Virus record (IMG/VR): IMGVR_UViG_3300022919_000004
Coordinates: 9,315 to 73,314 of that record
Direction: 5' to 3' (one strand)
From: a virus
Length of the DNA: 64,000 bases
The notes under the pieces are model-generated. The model saw only the letters and a list, made by a program, of their open reading frames with translations. It was not told the origin of the DNA and did not search any database. A program made the translations under genes and the position numbers. Below, in pieces: positions 53,621 to 64,000 of this stretch (positions are counted from its first letter, which is position 1; the number at the start of each line of letters is the position of its first letter).

Positions 53621-56600
53621 CTATTTTAATTGAATTGAATAAACGAGGTTATTTGTTCCGGTAACGGGGGCGACGGTGTAAATGATATTTATATTTGTTG
53701 CATCTGTAGTCACGTATTGGAATCCAGCTGCAGCGGCGGTATTAGCGGTTACCAGGCATATACTTGTTGACGTAATACCAGTTACCCCATGAGGTATTGA
53801 AATCGTTGTCGATGTTCCGTTACCCGATGCTGTTTTACGGATTATTTGGCCTGTTTGAGTTAATATCTGGTCGTATATATCTGACGTTATTGCAATGACC
53901 CCTATTTTACCGGCTGGTATTGAAACGGATCCCCCACCAGATACACCTTTTATGCTACCGCCAGTTCCAAAATTTATTAACTTAATAGGATCTGAACCCT
54001 CTAACACTGCTACAGTTCCAGATACATCAGGTAGAGTTACAGTTTTATTGGACCCCGTTACGGGTGCGAAGTTAAGGTATTGCTTAAAAGATGACCCCGT
54101 AGCCTGGTATTCTAAACCGGCACGTTTCACCGCAGAATATCCACCCGACCCATCGCCAAATACAGATATGCCGTTACCCATAATGGAAGTACTACTACCA
54201 CCCGCAGTTGCAACATACCCGTTTGCGCCTGTGCTTTGGAAATCGGAAGCTACTACACTACCATTTATTTTTATCTGACCTGTTTGGGTAGTGGCATTTT
54301 GATTTTGAATATAATTTACAGAACCGGAAATCCTTTGAAGTACTCCTGTAGTCGGATTAGATGTGACTAAGCTATCTGTTGACAGACCGTTGGGTTTAGA
54401 GGGTACAAAAACATTGCCGCTAGCCGTTACTGTGCCCATAACGTTAATACTTGTCAAAGGACCTAAACTAATTCTCCCATTTGCTCTGTTTACTACCAGC
54501 CAATCACCCAAAGAGTTACCTGCATCATCATACCTAGTACCGGAAAAATCTGATCCTGCGTTAGCCCCGCTTTCTGGCGTTGAAGTAACCCCAAGAGTGA
54601 ATCTTCTGGCTGCATTTGTTTGGAAAAGTATCTGCCTAGTTGTAGATGCCGAATTTCTAAGTACAAGAGTTCCATTATTACTACTCAGTGTAGATGCCGA
54701 AGTAATGCTTGCCCCTCCTGTAAAATTACCCCCTACACCTCCTGTACCACTTACATTGAAATTCGCTGTTTGCAGACTGGTTTGATTTAACACAGCTCCA
54801 GTAGTACCCCCCGTACCACCCATTGCTGTAGGCAATGAGTTTATAGATTCGATAAGTCCTAAATTAGTAGTAGCCGAAGTATTTATTACTGGTATTTTAT
54901 ATAAACCATCAGTATTCGATGGCACACTATAAAGATATGTAGTTGGAAATATTTGGTAATTTTCAGATAAATTTCCATTACTAACAATGCTATGTGTTGA
55001 CGCACCAATATAAGCATAGCTACCTGCGTCCGTTCCTTTACCTGCTGTTGGAGTAAAATAACTACTATAAGGCTTTCCAATTAGAGATACATTAATATTT
55101 AAACTTTGTGAAAAACCAGATTTAAGATTTATTATCCTAAAGTAAAACCTGCTATCCCCAAAAGATGGTGTAACTAGTTTTACTTGCAACATTATAGATT
55201 GTTGGTAGTAAACCTCCCATCCTGCGCTAAGCCCGGTTAATAGTAATGGCCGTACATTAACCCAAGTGTTCGCTGGATACCAAGAATTTATGGGTACTTT
55301 GTAAGTACGTGCTGTTGGATTATAGCCAAATCCTGAAAAAATAGGGACTTTACTAAGTGTATCTGTGCCGTTCAATGTTATGTCGATAAAATCGGATATA
55401 TTTTTACTGTATGACAAATACCCAATTTCGATATACTCGTTTATTGTTGCTGATGTAGTTCTATTTACTGAATAGTGACTAGGATTATTTTTTATATAAG
55501 ACGCACTCAATACCCCTGTTATGTCTGCATCTCCATAAATCTCTAATGAATTAAAGGCTGAATATTCTGCGCTAGCTATAATTTTATTACCCAAAACGTT
55601 AGGATGAACACCATCAGCTTGCAAGAGTTTAACACCTCCATTTTTAGTTGTTATATCTAATAAATCAATATATTTTAAAGAATAGTTTAACGCTGTTTCT
55701 TTAGTTGCTTGTACATATGCCTGGTGTCTAGCAAGACTAGAAACATAAGGTGTTGAATATGAGTAATTAGAAATAAATGGAGGTGAGGTTAATATTATTT
55801 TAGACGAGGCCCATCCCTTTGATAAAGCGTTATTTATAATTGTTACGTACGCCGATTTAAAACCAGAGACGGTATAAGAACCACTATTTATTAAAATATC
55901 ATTTGTGCCTAATGATATAATTAAAAAATTATTACCTTTTATATAATTAGGAATTAATGCTAATTGTGTAAGTATAGAGCCCCCATAAGATGTAGGACTC
56001 CCATTTTGCATAGACATACCTGTAACTGATTTATTAATCTCAACAGCATTCAATCTATTGGCTAAAACGGTAGTGTGGCGGGTTAGAGTATCCTGCAATC
56101 CATACCCTTTATCTATAGAATCTCCTATAAAAATTAGTGTATCCACTTTATCTACGGTTTGGCCTATAGAAACAGAATTACTAGTTGTATTACCCAAATC
56201 GGTCACACTTTGAAGTGTTGGGGTTGGTATAGCGGCTATTTTACTATTAACCTGTTGTAGAGTTGTCAAATCTGCATTACTTGTTGCATCTGTGCCACTA
56301 ATCCTACCATCTGGATAGAAGGTATTTACCGTAGAGCCGCCTACCGTGCGGATTATTCCGGCTCCCGAATTTTGTTCGATTAAATTATTTAGTCCCGATG
56401 AAGCTAAATTAAGTCGCGTAATTATGGTGTTACCATAAAAACCAGATCCGTTAAAGAGCCCATACCCTAAAACGTTACCAGAAGAATTACCTATTAGTAT
56501 GTTAGTACTTGCTGTATTTCCCCGTATCAATACCGATTGTAGATCATTAGCCCCAAACAGCCCGTCTATCTGTACCTTATTATAATAAAGACCAAAAGCC

Positions 56601-56749
56601 GTTTTATAATATTCAAAGTTTTTCCATATTCTTACCTGCCCATTTACTGTAGCGCGTAACGACGTATCAGCTGCAGCCACCCCGACCTGAGCTTTAACCC
56701 CAACACCTAAGAGTATTAAAGCGAATAGTAATGTAATTTTTATTTTCAT
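53621..56749 (-). CDS. signal-peptide tail fibre/spike with SGNH/GDSL hydrolase domain
   Basis: MKIKITLLFALILLGVGVKA|Q; FIGDSI, LGTND, DGVHPN; C-terminal TISIPHG domain as in 11741-12814. Confidence 0.75.
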   Translation of the reverse strand: MKIKITLLFALILLGVGVKAQVGVAAADTSLRATVNGQVRIWKNFEYYKTAFGLYYNKVQIDGLFGANDLQSVLIRGNTASTNILIGNSSGNVLGYGLFNGSGFYGNTIITRLNLASSGLNNLIEQNSGAGIIRTVGGSTVNTFYPDGRISGTDATSNADLTTLQQVNSKIAAIPTPTLQSVTDLGNTTSNSVSIGQTVDKVDTLIFIGDSIDKGYGLQDTLTRHTTVLANRLNAVEINKSVTGMSMQNGSPTSYGGSILTQLALIPNYIKGNNFLIISLGTNDILINSGSYTVSGFKSAYVTIINNALSKGWASSKIILTSPPFISNYSYSTPYVSSLARHQAYVQATKETALNYSLKYIDLLDITTKNGGVKLLQADGVHPNVLGNKIIASAEYSAFNSLEIYGDADITGVLSASYIKNNPSHYSVNRTTSATINEYIEIGYLSYSKNISDFIDITLNGTDTLSKVPIFSGFGYNPTARTYKVPINSWYPANTWVNVRPLLLTGLSAGWEVYYQQSIMLQVKLVTPSFGDSRFYFRIINLKSGFSQSLNINVSLIGKPYSSYFTPTAGKGTDAGSYAYIGASTHSIVSNGNLSENYQIFPTTYLYSVPSNTDGLYKIPVINTSATTNLGLIESINSLPTAMGGTGGTTGAVLNQTSLQTANFNVSGTGGVGGNFTGGASITSASTLSSNNGTLVLRNSASTTRQILFQTNAARRFTLGVTSTPESGANAGSDFSGTRYDDAGNSLGDWLVVNRANGRISLGPLTSINVMGTVTASGNVFVPSKPNGLSTDSLVTSNPTTGVLQRISGSVNYIQNQNATTQTGQIKINGSVVASDFQSTGANGYVATAGGSSTSIMGNGISVFGDGSGGYSAVKRAGLEYQATGSSFKQYLNFAPVTGSNKTVTLPDVSGTVAVLEGSDPIKLINFGTGGSIKGVSGGGSVSIPAGKIGVIAITSDIYDQILTQTGQIIRKTASGNGTSTTISIPHGVTGITSTSICLVTANTAAAAGFQYVTTDATNINIIYTVAPVTGTNNLVYSIQLK

Positions 56750-56754
56750 ATTGT

Positions 56755-57624
56755 TTATAGTATTGCTTCCCATGCGTATTTTAATGACTGCCCATCGTTA
56801 TTGCTAAAGGGCAAAGTTATGTAAATATTTGTTTCATCCCAATCCTTAAATGTGACACCTAACATGCCGGCCGCTAAGTTGTTTGGGAAAGCATCAGCGT
56901 GTTTAGGCTTGCTTGTGTACCCATGAGGTATAGTTATAATAGTTTGACCGGTATCATTGATAGCGTAAAAGCCCGCCCTGTTTTCGTTGGCCGTTGGCGG
57001 CATTGAGTTTGAATCTGCAATGTATGGCAATTCGCCACTCGATATGGAGGGAACGTACACGTAGGCTACAATAACCGAATTGGCAGGTGTAACAGGTTCG
57101 TTTGGCGTTGGGCTTGCTACCCCGTCAACCAAATCTATAACACCTGAACTGTTGGCGTAAACCAAATCAATACGATTAAAGTTCGCGTCTGCAGGGGTTA
57201 AGTTTAATTGCGTTTGGGTAGCCTTACTGTATATTACGTTATTAACAGCCCATTTACCAGCCGAAACAGAAACTACCTGACCAAATACCCAAGCCTGTAA
57301 TGATATGTTGCCAGTACCGAACGTAAACCCTAAAGGAACCGAAAAGTCTTGTGACCATATGCCGTTGCGCTTAGTATAATGAGTATAGTTTGAGTTTATT
57401 TCTGTGTACGTATCAAGATCAATACCGTTAGCATTATCAGGAGGTACAGCCCCGCCAAACTTAGAAAAGTCATTGATAGTTCCTAATGGAGCCTTTAGCA
57501 ATTCAGCCAAATTTAACCCGATTAAAGCTACGTCTGTAGGATCAATGGAATTCACAGTATCCTTAATGGCAACCGCGTTGTTTACCTGCTGTTTGTAAGC
57601 GTCTAATACGTTGTTGTAATCCAT
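56755..57624 (-). CDS. tail-tip/fibre adaptor protein
   Basis: Homologue of 15556-16422. Confidence 0.6.
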   Translation of the reverse strand: MDYNNVLDAYKQQVNNAVAIKDTVNSIDPTDVALIGLNLAELLKAPLGTINDFSKFGGAVPPDNANGIDLDTYTEINSNYTHYTKRNGIWSQDFSVPLGFTFGTGNISLQAWVFGQVVSVSAGKWAVNNVIYSKATQTQLNLTPADANFNRIDLVYANSSGVIDLVDGVASPTPNEPVTPANSVIVAYVYVPSISSGELPYIADSNSMPPTANENRAGFYAINDTGQTIITIPHGYTSKPKHADAFPNNLAAGMLGVTFKDWDETNIYITLPFSNNDGQSLKYAWEAIL

Positions 57625-59499
57625 CTATGTAAATTCTTGTGTGAACTCGTCTGTAAATATACCATTTATCGGATTTAAATCAACGGTTGGGTCTTGTATA
57701 ATTTCAGACTGTTCCGAACCTGGATAATCCGGGGTCGTAATATCAACCGATTTACCCGCACGATCAAACAATTCAGCTAGCTTTCCGTTCGATAGCGTCC
57801 TGTACTTTAAATCAATTTCGCAACCCAACAAACCGAATACATGCGCATTAAAATCGTTCTGATCCGGCACCTGAAAACTGAATGTAGTTAAATAATTAAA
57901 ATCTCGCGCCTGTTGCCTTAACTTCAAATCTCCGTACCAGAACCTAAAAGGCTTCTGATATGCTCTTAAAATTGATTTAGCGAGGGCAAGACCGAACGGT
58001 ACAGGCGCGGTTGTTGTGCCGTATTCGTACCACCCTGTAGTGTAGCCGAAAATGTTCTTTAGTGCATATAGTGAATTTAGCGGACTGTCCGCCTCTGTTC
58101 TTTGCGTGTAGTCTCCGAATAAGATTTCTATACGTTCCGGTTTTAATGTGAAGAAGCCTAAATTAGTCGAACTCGAAGCGGTGCCGGTAACATCTGAATC
58201 GGCAACTGCGCTCGTTTTAGCTACGGATATATCATCCATAATAATAGGCATATATTCCGGCAATTCGGTAATGATTAGTTCTGGCCTGTTCAGCGCATTA
58301 CCTCCGTTGGTAGTTGCTTTATCGTAATTGACCTTAGTGAACCCGTAAATCTGCAATACCATATTGCCTGATACCGGGCATTCAGGCGCGCTGAAATTAA
58401 ATGAAAATGTATTAGCGTCGCCTTTACTATTTTCGATTAGGTTAAGTACCGTACTAAGTGTCGTAACCCATTCGTACGATGTGCCATAGTCAACGTTACG
58501 TAAGTAATAATTTCCCAGTTTTATACGCATCTTACACACATACATTGTTCCTTTTACCTCTGTAACCTCGAAACTGTTCGACCCGCCCGAAGTTAATACC
58601 TGAGTTTTAACCCCTGTATCGGTTTTGCCTACCCTGTATTTGAAGCTAGGTTTATCGCCTACCTGTAATGGTATGGGTGCCGACTCGTAATATTTACCTG
58701 CATTAGCGCGCTCGTTAAACTGTATAGCATGATTATCTAAAGGCACCAAAACGCCCTGAGCATTGGTAACGGTACGAGGTACACGCGAAAAGTTTAAGCC
58801 CCCGTAACGCGTCCAGAAATTAAAGTTCTGACCATCGAATAGCTCGAAATCTCCGTTGTACAGCAAGCTAGGAACAGAACCAAATACGCTAACAACTTCG
58901 ACGCGTTTGTATGGATCTTGAATATCCAGCTCGGCACCTGACAAAGCAATTATATCGTTATCTCTCGGTGCGGGTGTATCCGGTTCCGGTGCGGACGGCT
59001 CTACTGTAAAATTTCCTGTAGCCGTTAAACCTGCCAATGATTTCGATCTAACGAATGCCGTATAGGTTTGAGGCGACAAGGCACCGAATAAATTGCTATC
59101 CTGCCAATCAATCGCATTAGGACTGTACTCGTATGGAGCTGACCCGCCCGAAGCGTTAATTACCGCCGTTCCGTTGTTTGGTCCTGGTGACGTTTCGTCT
59201 GTTACGGTAATCGAATTGATTGCAATATCATTAAAGGCCGGGTCAACGGGTGTAGCTACTTTGGTAAACGAAGCAAACGGATAATAGTTATCCCAAAGTA
59301 ATGAGTACGTAAATCCAGCAGCCCATTTGCGGATAAGTATGTCACCTTGTACATGATCCGGGTAAACCGCATCGAATGAAACAGGCGTGCTACCTCCGTT
59401 TGTTAAGATAGCCGAAACTGAATTGCCTACTTCATCATAAGCAATAGTTACGCCCTGACGCAGCCCCGATTTTTCACCAACAAAATTATAATATATCAT
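57625..59499 (-). CDS. minor tail protein with SprB-like repeat
   Basis: Homologue of 16423-18300. Confidence 0.6.
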   Translation of the reverse strand: MIYYNFVGEKSGLRQGVTIAYDEVGNSVSAILTNGGSTPVSFDAVYPDHVQGDILIRKWAAGFTYSLLWDNYYPFASFTKVATPVDPAFNDIAINSITVTDETSPGPNNGTAVINASGGSAPYEYSPNAIDWQDSNLFGALSPQTYTAFVRSKSLAGLTATGNFTVEPSAPEPDTPAPRDNDIIALSGAELDIQDPYKRVEVVSVFGSVPSLLYNGDFELFDGQNFNFWTRYGGLNFSRVPRTVTNAQGVLVPLDNHAIQFNERANAGKYYESAPIPLQVGDKPSFKYRVGKTDTGVKTQVLTSGGSNSFEVTEVKGTMYVCKMRIKLGNYYLRNVDYGTSYEWVTTLSTVLNLIENSKGDANTFSFNFSAPECPVSGNMVLQIYGFTKVNYDKATTNGGNALNRPELIITELPEYMPIIMDDISVAKTSAVADSDVTGTASSSTNLGFFTLKPERIEILFGDYTQRTEADSPLNSLYALKNIFGYTTGWYEYGTTTAPVPFGLALAKSILRAYQKPFRFWYGDLKLRQQARDFNYLTTFSFQVPDQNDFNAHVFGLLGCEIDLKYRTLSNGKLAELFDRAGKSVDITTPDYPGSEQSEIIQDPTVDLNPINGIFTDEFTQEFT

Positions 59500-60652
59500 T
59501 ACCCTTATTTAATACCGACCCAATTACGCGATTTACTTGCAAATTCTCGCCCCTCAAAAATAAGCCTTTATAGTTATAGTTCCGTGATCTGATCACATCA
59601 TTACTCATTTCATTTACACGAACGAAATTCCACATACCATTTGCCTGTACTATATAAGCACCCCATGCAGTCGCAACAGCTTCTAAAACGGCATAGCAAC
59701 TAAGTGTCGCGCCCTTGTCATCAACTAAGCGTAATGGGTTAACTTTCGCCATACTAAGCGGGTCATTGTCTAATCCGGTAGGCATATAGGTATCGTATAG
59801 GTTGCAAATCGTTTTAATATCCAAATTCAAATTGGTAAGTGAAAAGCAGTAAGCCAATATATCTACGAACGATTGATAAATCTCAACATTAGAACCTACA
59901 GGCACCGGGTATGTACTCGATTTAAGACCCCCTAAAGCATCCGTTGCAGAAATAGTCACTTCGTATGGTGGCGCAGAAAACGGTTCCCTACAGCTACCCG
60001 GAATGATGTAACCCCGGAATTGTAACACCCCCTCTGTTACTACCGAAACACGAAACGCACGTTCGTCACTTGTATAAAATTCCTGTAATAGAAAGTTTTC
60101 ATCTGATATAAATGATAACTTACATTCCATTGGCCTTATCGGGCTGAACTTATCGTCTACCTCTTTGTACGAGAATACTACAGGTGATTTACCGCCCATT
60201 CGCAATACGCCAACTTCACCTGTATAGTTTTTGCCCTCTATTGAAACGGTCGTATTACGCCCCTCGATGTTGCAGAATGAATATGTCTTATACGTTCCAT
60301 AAACAGGATCGCCAAAAGGACTATAAGGAACTGACGGTTCAGGTAGCGGTGTTTGGTATCCGCATTTAGCCGCGTTAATATCCGTTTCTACGCGAGCAAA
60401 AGGACGCTCGTCTGTTGCGTAAACCCTGTAGTTCGTAAACGTAGATAGATTACAAAACTCGGTTATTTTATCGCCTGGATTATAACGCCTGTTATTTGAC
60501 TTATAATCTGAAATCCGGTCTAGGTTCATCACCGGTTCGCCTGGCACTTCGGGGTTAGATACATTTCCGTTAGCATCAATAGCAACCGAAGCCGAACGCC
60601 ACTTAGCAAGGAAGCCTGTTGGCTTAACTTGAAAACGATCTATTTCGCTCAT
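59486..60652 (-). CDS. distal tail/baseplate-region protein
   Basis: Homologue of 18297-19442. Confidence 0.6.
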   Translation of the reverse strand: MSEIDRFQVKPTGFLAKWRSASVAIDANGNVSNPEVPGEPVMNLDRISDYKSNNRRYNPGDKITEFCNLSTFTNYRVYATDERPFARVETDINAAKCGYQTPLPEPSVPYSPFGDPVYGTYKTYSFCNIEGRNTTVSIEGKNYTGEVGVLRMGGKSPVVFSYKEVDDKFSPIRPMECKLSFISDENFLLQEFYTSDERAFRVSVVTEGVLQFRGYIIPGSCREPFSAPPYEVTISATDALGGLKSSTYPVPVGSNVEIYQSFVDILAYCFSLTNLNLDIKTICNLYDTYMPTGLDNDPLSMAKVNPLRLVDDKGATLSCYAVLEAVATAWGAYIVQANGMWNFVRVNEMSNDVIRSRNYNYKGLFLRGENLQVNRVIGSVLNKGNDIL

Positions 60653-62994
60653 ACCCCAGCCCTCCCACGTGAACGTTCTTCTGCGCGAATAAGTGCGTAT
60701 AGTTGGCCTCCGCTTATAGCAAGCTCTGAACTTATATTGATCATTGAGTTACCACCACGCATTAATTTCTCCGTTCTGCCATTAGGTATAACACTCGATC
60801 CAGTAGGTAAGTTAACCAGTTCTGGGCCCCTTTCCCCTACTAGCGCAAGACCACCCCCAAAGTTATTAACCCCGTTAGCAAAGCCGGGGATTCTTTTAAC
60901 ACCATTATATTGATCATCTTGTTTTCCTTTGCCAGACGCAAACGCGCCAATAGCAGCACCTGCCACCTGTAAAGCTATACCGGCCGCTATTGCAGCAGGA
61001 CCGGCTATAAGCCCAGCCCCTGGTATTAACGCTGCTGCATCTAACTTGCTTTTTAAAATTGCTGCTGCACCGTAGGCAACTAGTAGTTTACCGTATTCAG
61101 ACAAGAACCCGCCAAAAGAAGCAAGCAGGCTTTTACCAGCCGCCTCTAAAACGTTTCCTCCGCTAACCAAAGCTTCCCCGATAGCACTCCCTATATTAGA
61201 TATTCCACTATTTATGAAAGACTCAGCTAGTTTATCAAGCGAATCAGTTAATTCTTCAGCTTTCAGCGTATCTGTCAGCTCTTTGTATTTTGATTTAAAT
61301 TGATCAAGCGATACTCCTCCTTGATCAAATGAATTATTAAGAGTTTCTATAGCCGCTTTAGTATCGTTTATAGCGGCCCCAGCATCAAATAAATCGAAGT
61401 TTTTTACAAAATCACTTTTATTTATTTTTGATGAGGCAGAAGGAGTGAACAGTTCATCGAAAAGCTGCCTGGTTTCTGGAACTGCTTTTTCAAAAACCTT
61501 TTTGCTAGCTTCTATTTTGTCTGAGGCTTCCTTAGCTAGTCTTTGTGGGAGTATTGATTTAAAAAATGAATCAGCTTTTCTTTTTACGTCTTCTGAGAAT
61601 AACCCATACTGTTCCTCTTTTAATTTAATTATTTCCTTATTTAGTGGGCTAAACCCTGATTCTATAAGGTTATTTATAGCTTTTTGATAAGCTGATATTT
61701 TTTTATTAGAAACTTCACTAAAAGTCAAATCCAAAGAATTATCAGCTTGTAATATATCTACATTTAGTTCTTTTAAAACTTCTGCTAATGTTTTGATATG
61801 CTTCCCTTTTTTTTCGGTAGGCAAATCACCGACCTTACCAGCTAAATCAGCTCCTTTTTGAACTTGGTTAGTAATCTCTGTTTGTAATTTTAGATTTTGT
61901 TGCCCCAGCTTAATAGAGTCGGTTCTTATATCATTTATTTGTTTCTCTGTATCTCGTACAATCCCTTTTTGCCTAGCCTCTTCAAATGGCAATGCCCCAC
62001 CGGTACCAGTCTCCGCATTAAAACTAGCATCCTTTTTTCGTATATCGCCTAACTTGGTTTCGTTTTTAAGTTGTTGTATTTGAAGGTCTGCAATTTTTTG
62101 CTCATTAATTAGTTCCCTTTTTGAGTTGGTTGTAATTATGTCGATAGCGGCCCTAGCTCTAGCTGTAGCAATTAATGAAACAGTTAACTCTCTATATTTT
62201 TCTGATGCAGCACCAGTTAAAAAGGCTTCGTCCTTTATATTTTTAAAATACTCTGGATATTTCTTTTGCAAATCGTCTACAGCTTGACCCCTTTGTTTAG
62301 ATGATATAATATTATTTTGTGTTATATCATACAAAGCTTTTAATTCAGCTATTTCCTCCTGTGACTTTTGAGCCCCTAAAAGTCTTGCCCTAGTTACAAC
62401 ATCAAGCGACTCGGCGTATTCTTCGGCTGCTTTTTTTGTTCTTTTTAATGCGGCCTCCCCTTTCTCAGTTTCTTTATTTGCTCTTTGTTGGTATTGCTGG
62501 TAAAATAAAACAGCAGCAGATACAACCGATAAAGCTATACCTATACCAGCAGGGCCAATTAATGACTGACCTAAAGCACGAAATGCCGCCCCATTTGACC
62601 CCGTTTCTTGCCTTAACCTTTGAAATGATTCTAATAGCGGGTTTAAGTTATTTTGTATACCAATAAATCCGAAAGGTGCATCCTGAGCAACACGACCTAA
62701 ATTAGTTAGCGCAAATGCCGCTTGATTGGAACCTACTGATAAACGTGATAATTGTTGGGGAGCGGCTGAAACGGTAGCTTGAAGCCTTGTTAACGAAATT
62801 TGTCCAGCGGCTAATGATCTTTGAAACCCGGATAAATTCAGCCTGTTAACATTGGCAATATTTTGGGATATGTTGTTAGACATTGCCGTAACAACACCGT
62901 CAGTTCTTGAAGATGCTGAAGCGGCCTGTGTAAGTGCATTTACAAACCCATTGACCTGCGCACTAAGTTCTACGGATAATTGAGCGTCAGCCAT
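60649..62994 (-). CDS. tape measure protein
   Basis: 781 aa; GRVAQDAPFG motif; middle and C-terminus shared with unit 1. Confidence 0.85.
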   Translation of the reverse strand: MADAQLSVELSAQVNGFVNALTQAASASSRTDGVVTAMSNNISQNIANVNRLNLSGFQRSLAAGQISLTRLQATVSAAPQQLSRLSVGSNQAAFALTNLGRVAQDAPFGFIGIQNNLNPLLESFQRLRQETGSNGAAFRALGQSLIGPAGIGIALSVVSAAVLFYQQYQQRANKETEKGEAALKRTKKAAEEYAESLDVVTRARLLGAQKSQEEIAELKALYDITQNNIISSKQRGQAVDDLQKKYPEYFKNIKDEAFLTGAASEKYRELTVSLIATARARAAIDIITTNSKRELINEQKIADLQIQQLKNETKLGDIRKKDASFNAETGTGGALPFEEARQKGIVRDTEKQINDIRTDSIKLGQQNLKLQTEITNQVQKGADLAGKVGDLPTEKKGKHIKTLAEVLKELNVDILQADNSLDLTFSEVSNKKISAYQKAINNLIESGFSPLNKEIIKLKEEQYGLFSEDVKRKADSFFKSILPQRLAKEASDKIEASKKVFEKAVPETRQLFDELFTPSASSKINKSDFVKNFDLFDAGAAINDTKAAIETLNNSFDQGGVSLDQFKSKYKELTDTLKAEELTDSLDKLAESFINSGISNIGSAIGEALVSGGNVLEAAGKSLLASFGGFLSEYGKLLVAYGAAAILKSKLDAAALIPGAGLIAGPAAIAAGIALQVAGAAIGAFASGKGKQDDQYNGVKRIPGFANGVNNFGGGLALVGERGPELVNLPTGSSVIPNGRTEKLMRGGNSMINISSELAISGGQLYALIRAEERSRGRAGV

Positions 62995-63351
62995 TTTTAT
63001 TTTTCCTCCATCCCTCTGACATTATAAAGTCATGGAAATTTTTAATTCTGTTTAAGTAGGCTTTATTAACTCTTATCGGTTTAGGTTTTGGTTCGCCCTC
63101 GATCGGCCACCATGCTTGCGCTGACTTTGGCATTTTCTTTGGATCTCCGAAGCTGGAATAAATCATCCAGTTAAGTTGGCGTTCCGACCTTTCGGCAGCT
63201 AATTTACGCTGCTTATACCCTATACAGATCATAACGTACTCTTTCTCTGTTAGGTTGGCGAATTCGCTTGGTTTTAGTTGTAATTCTCCATACGCGTAAA
63301 GTTTAACCGCTTCCCAATCTACTGGCTTAGGTTTTCCTCTGCTTTTTTTTT
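62987..63351 (-). CDS. tail assembly chaperone, -1 frameshift extension
   Basis: -1 frame open from the A9 run at 63343-63351: KKSRGKPKPVDWEAVKLYAYGELQLKPSEF... Confidence 0.7.
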
Positions 63352-63678
63352 ACCTGCGTTAAGCCTGTCGAGTAGTGTTTTGCTTGCTTGGCTTTCGGTA
63401 TAACAAGAAACGACTTTCTGACCTAATTCGTCATCTGATGCTAAGTGTTCAGCTATTTCATAGGCTTGCTCATATTCAGGACGGTCGGAATCAGTGCGGT
63501 CTGCCTGGTTACATAGCCCACCGTAAACAATGTAAGCTACCGAAGTCATAGCTGGTATCTTACCTTTAGATAAATGCAAATACGTTTTTTCTGCTATAAT
63601 CTCCGCAGCAGTCATACCGAAATAAAGGGAATGTTTAACCCCCTCTATTTCAAATGATATTTTACCGTTACCCTGCAT
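63319..63678 (-). CDS. tail assembly chaperone
   Basis: Homologue of 21961-22317. Confidence 0.75.
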   Translation of the reverse strand: MQGNGKISFEIEGVKHSLYFGMTAAEIIAEKTYLHLSKGKIPAMTSVAYIVYGGLCNQADRTDSDRPEYEQAYEIAEHLASDDELGQKVVSCYTESQASKTLLDRLNAGKKKAEENLSQ

Positions 63679-63679
63679 A

Positions 63680-64000
63680 TTAAGGCGTTACAGGGGCTAA
63701 ATCGTCTTGATCGTATGAAGCACCAATGCCAGTAATAGAAGTGCTGAACGTCTGCGCTGCGTTATCAGGGAATGAATCACTTTCGGTATCAATACGGCCC
63801 ACTCCATAACGTATAGTTACATTGGTAAGTGCAGGGGTTCTGTCAGCAATCATCCACCATGCCGCAGTACCTGATCGCCATTGCTTATATAACAAGTTGT
63901 GATCTATACGTAAATCACCTGCTTCTAAAGCCTGAGCTAGACCTTCAGCGGACATTGTCCATGATTTTTCACCAGCTACACTTTCGGCAAATCCTGAATC
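63680..64000 (-). CDS. major tail tube protein (C-terminal part; start beyond the window)
   Basis: Homologue of 22319-22810. Confidence 0.8.
   Translation of the reverse strand, partial: DSGFAESVAGEKSWTMSAEGLAQALEAGDLRIDHNLLYKQWRSGTAAWWMIADRTPALTNVTIRYGVGRIDTESDSFPDNAAQTFSTSITGIGASYDQDDLAPVTP

Larger units (their letters stand above)
44468..64000. repeat. diverged long direct repeat, unit 2
   Basis: See unit 1. Confidence 0.9.

Noticed and set aside
1-64000. CRISPR array, tRNA/rRNA genes, reverse transcriptase/DGR, transposase, integrase
   Set aside because: No regularly spaced repeat-spacer units, cloverleaf, YADD motif, TR/VR pair, or DDE/tyrosine/serine recombinase motif seen by eye
1-64000. 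Stop-codon reassignment
   Set aside because: Core genes are full length in the standard code and TAA, TAG and TGA all end coupled genes; the single in-frame TAA (4009) is an isolated lesion

Overview
The whole window is tailed-phage (siphovirus-like, HK97-fold) DNA from a Bacteroidota host. Host evidence: TAnnTTTG-type -7 promoters, A-x-A|Q signal peptides, and a BT4734/VapE-type primase. It holds about 1.5 genome units of ~41.5-42 kb in the same orientation. Region ~2.3-22.9 kb (early, recombination, lysis and tail genes) recurs as a diverged, mosaic homologue at ~44.5-64 kb. The intervening ~23-44 kb (head-tail, capsid, portal, terminase, primase/helicase, IbrAB-like pair, adenine MTase) is single-copy. 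No integrase, host gene, tRNA, CRISPR array or reverse transcriptase was found, so this is either tandem/recombinant related phages or an assembly join of two relatives. Main observations: (1) five tail-fibre/tailspike-like proteins in the tail-tip slot carry classic Sec signal peptides, and two carry swapped serine-esterase domains; (2) a 16-bp palindrome, GTAACA-N4-TGTTAC, recurs at ~14 promoter regions of late, lysis and DNA-modification genes; (3) many genes appear leaderless; (4) an MTase + ParB-fusion + PAPS-reductase/DUF3440 cluster has beta-clamp-like C-terminal motifs; (5) a conserved Cys/Trp micropeptide precedes three membrane proteins at the head of the lysis operon. All family assignments come from motif recognition by eye; no database search was run.
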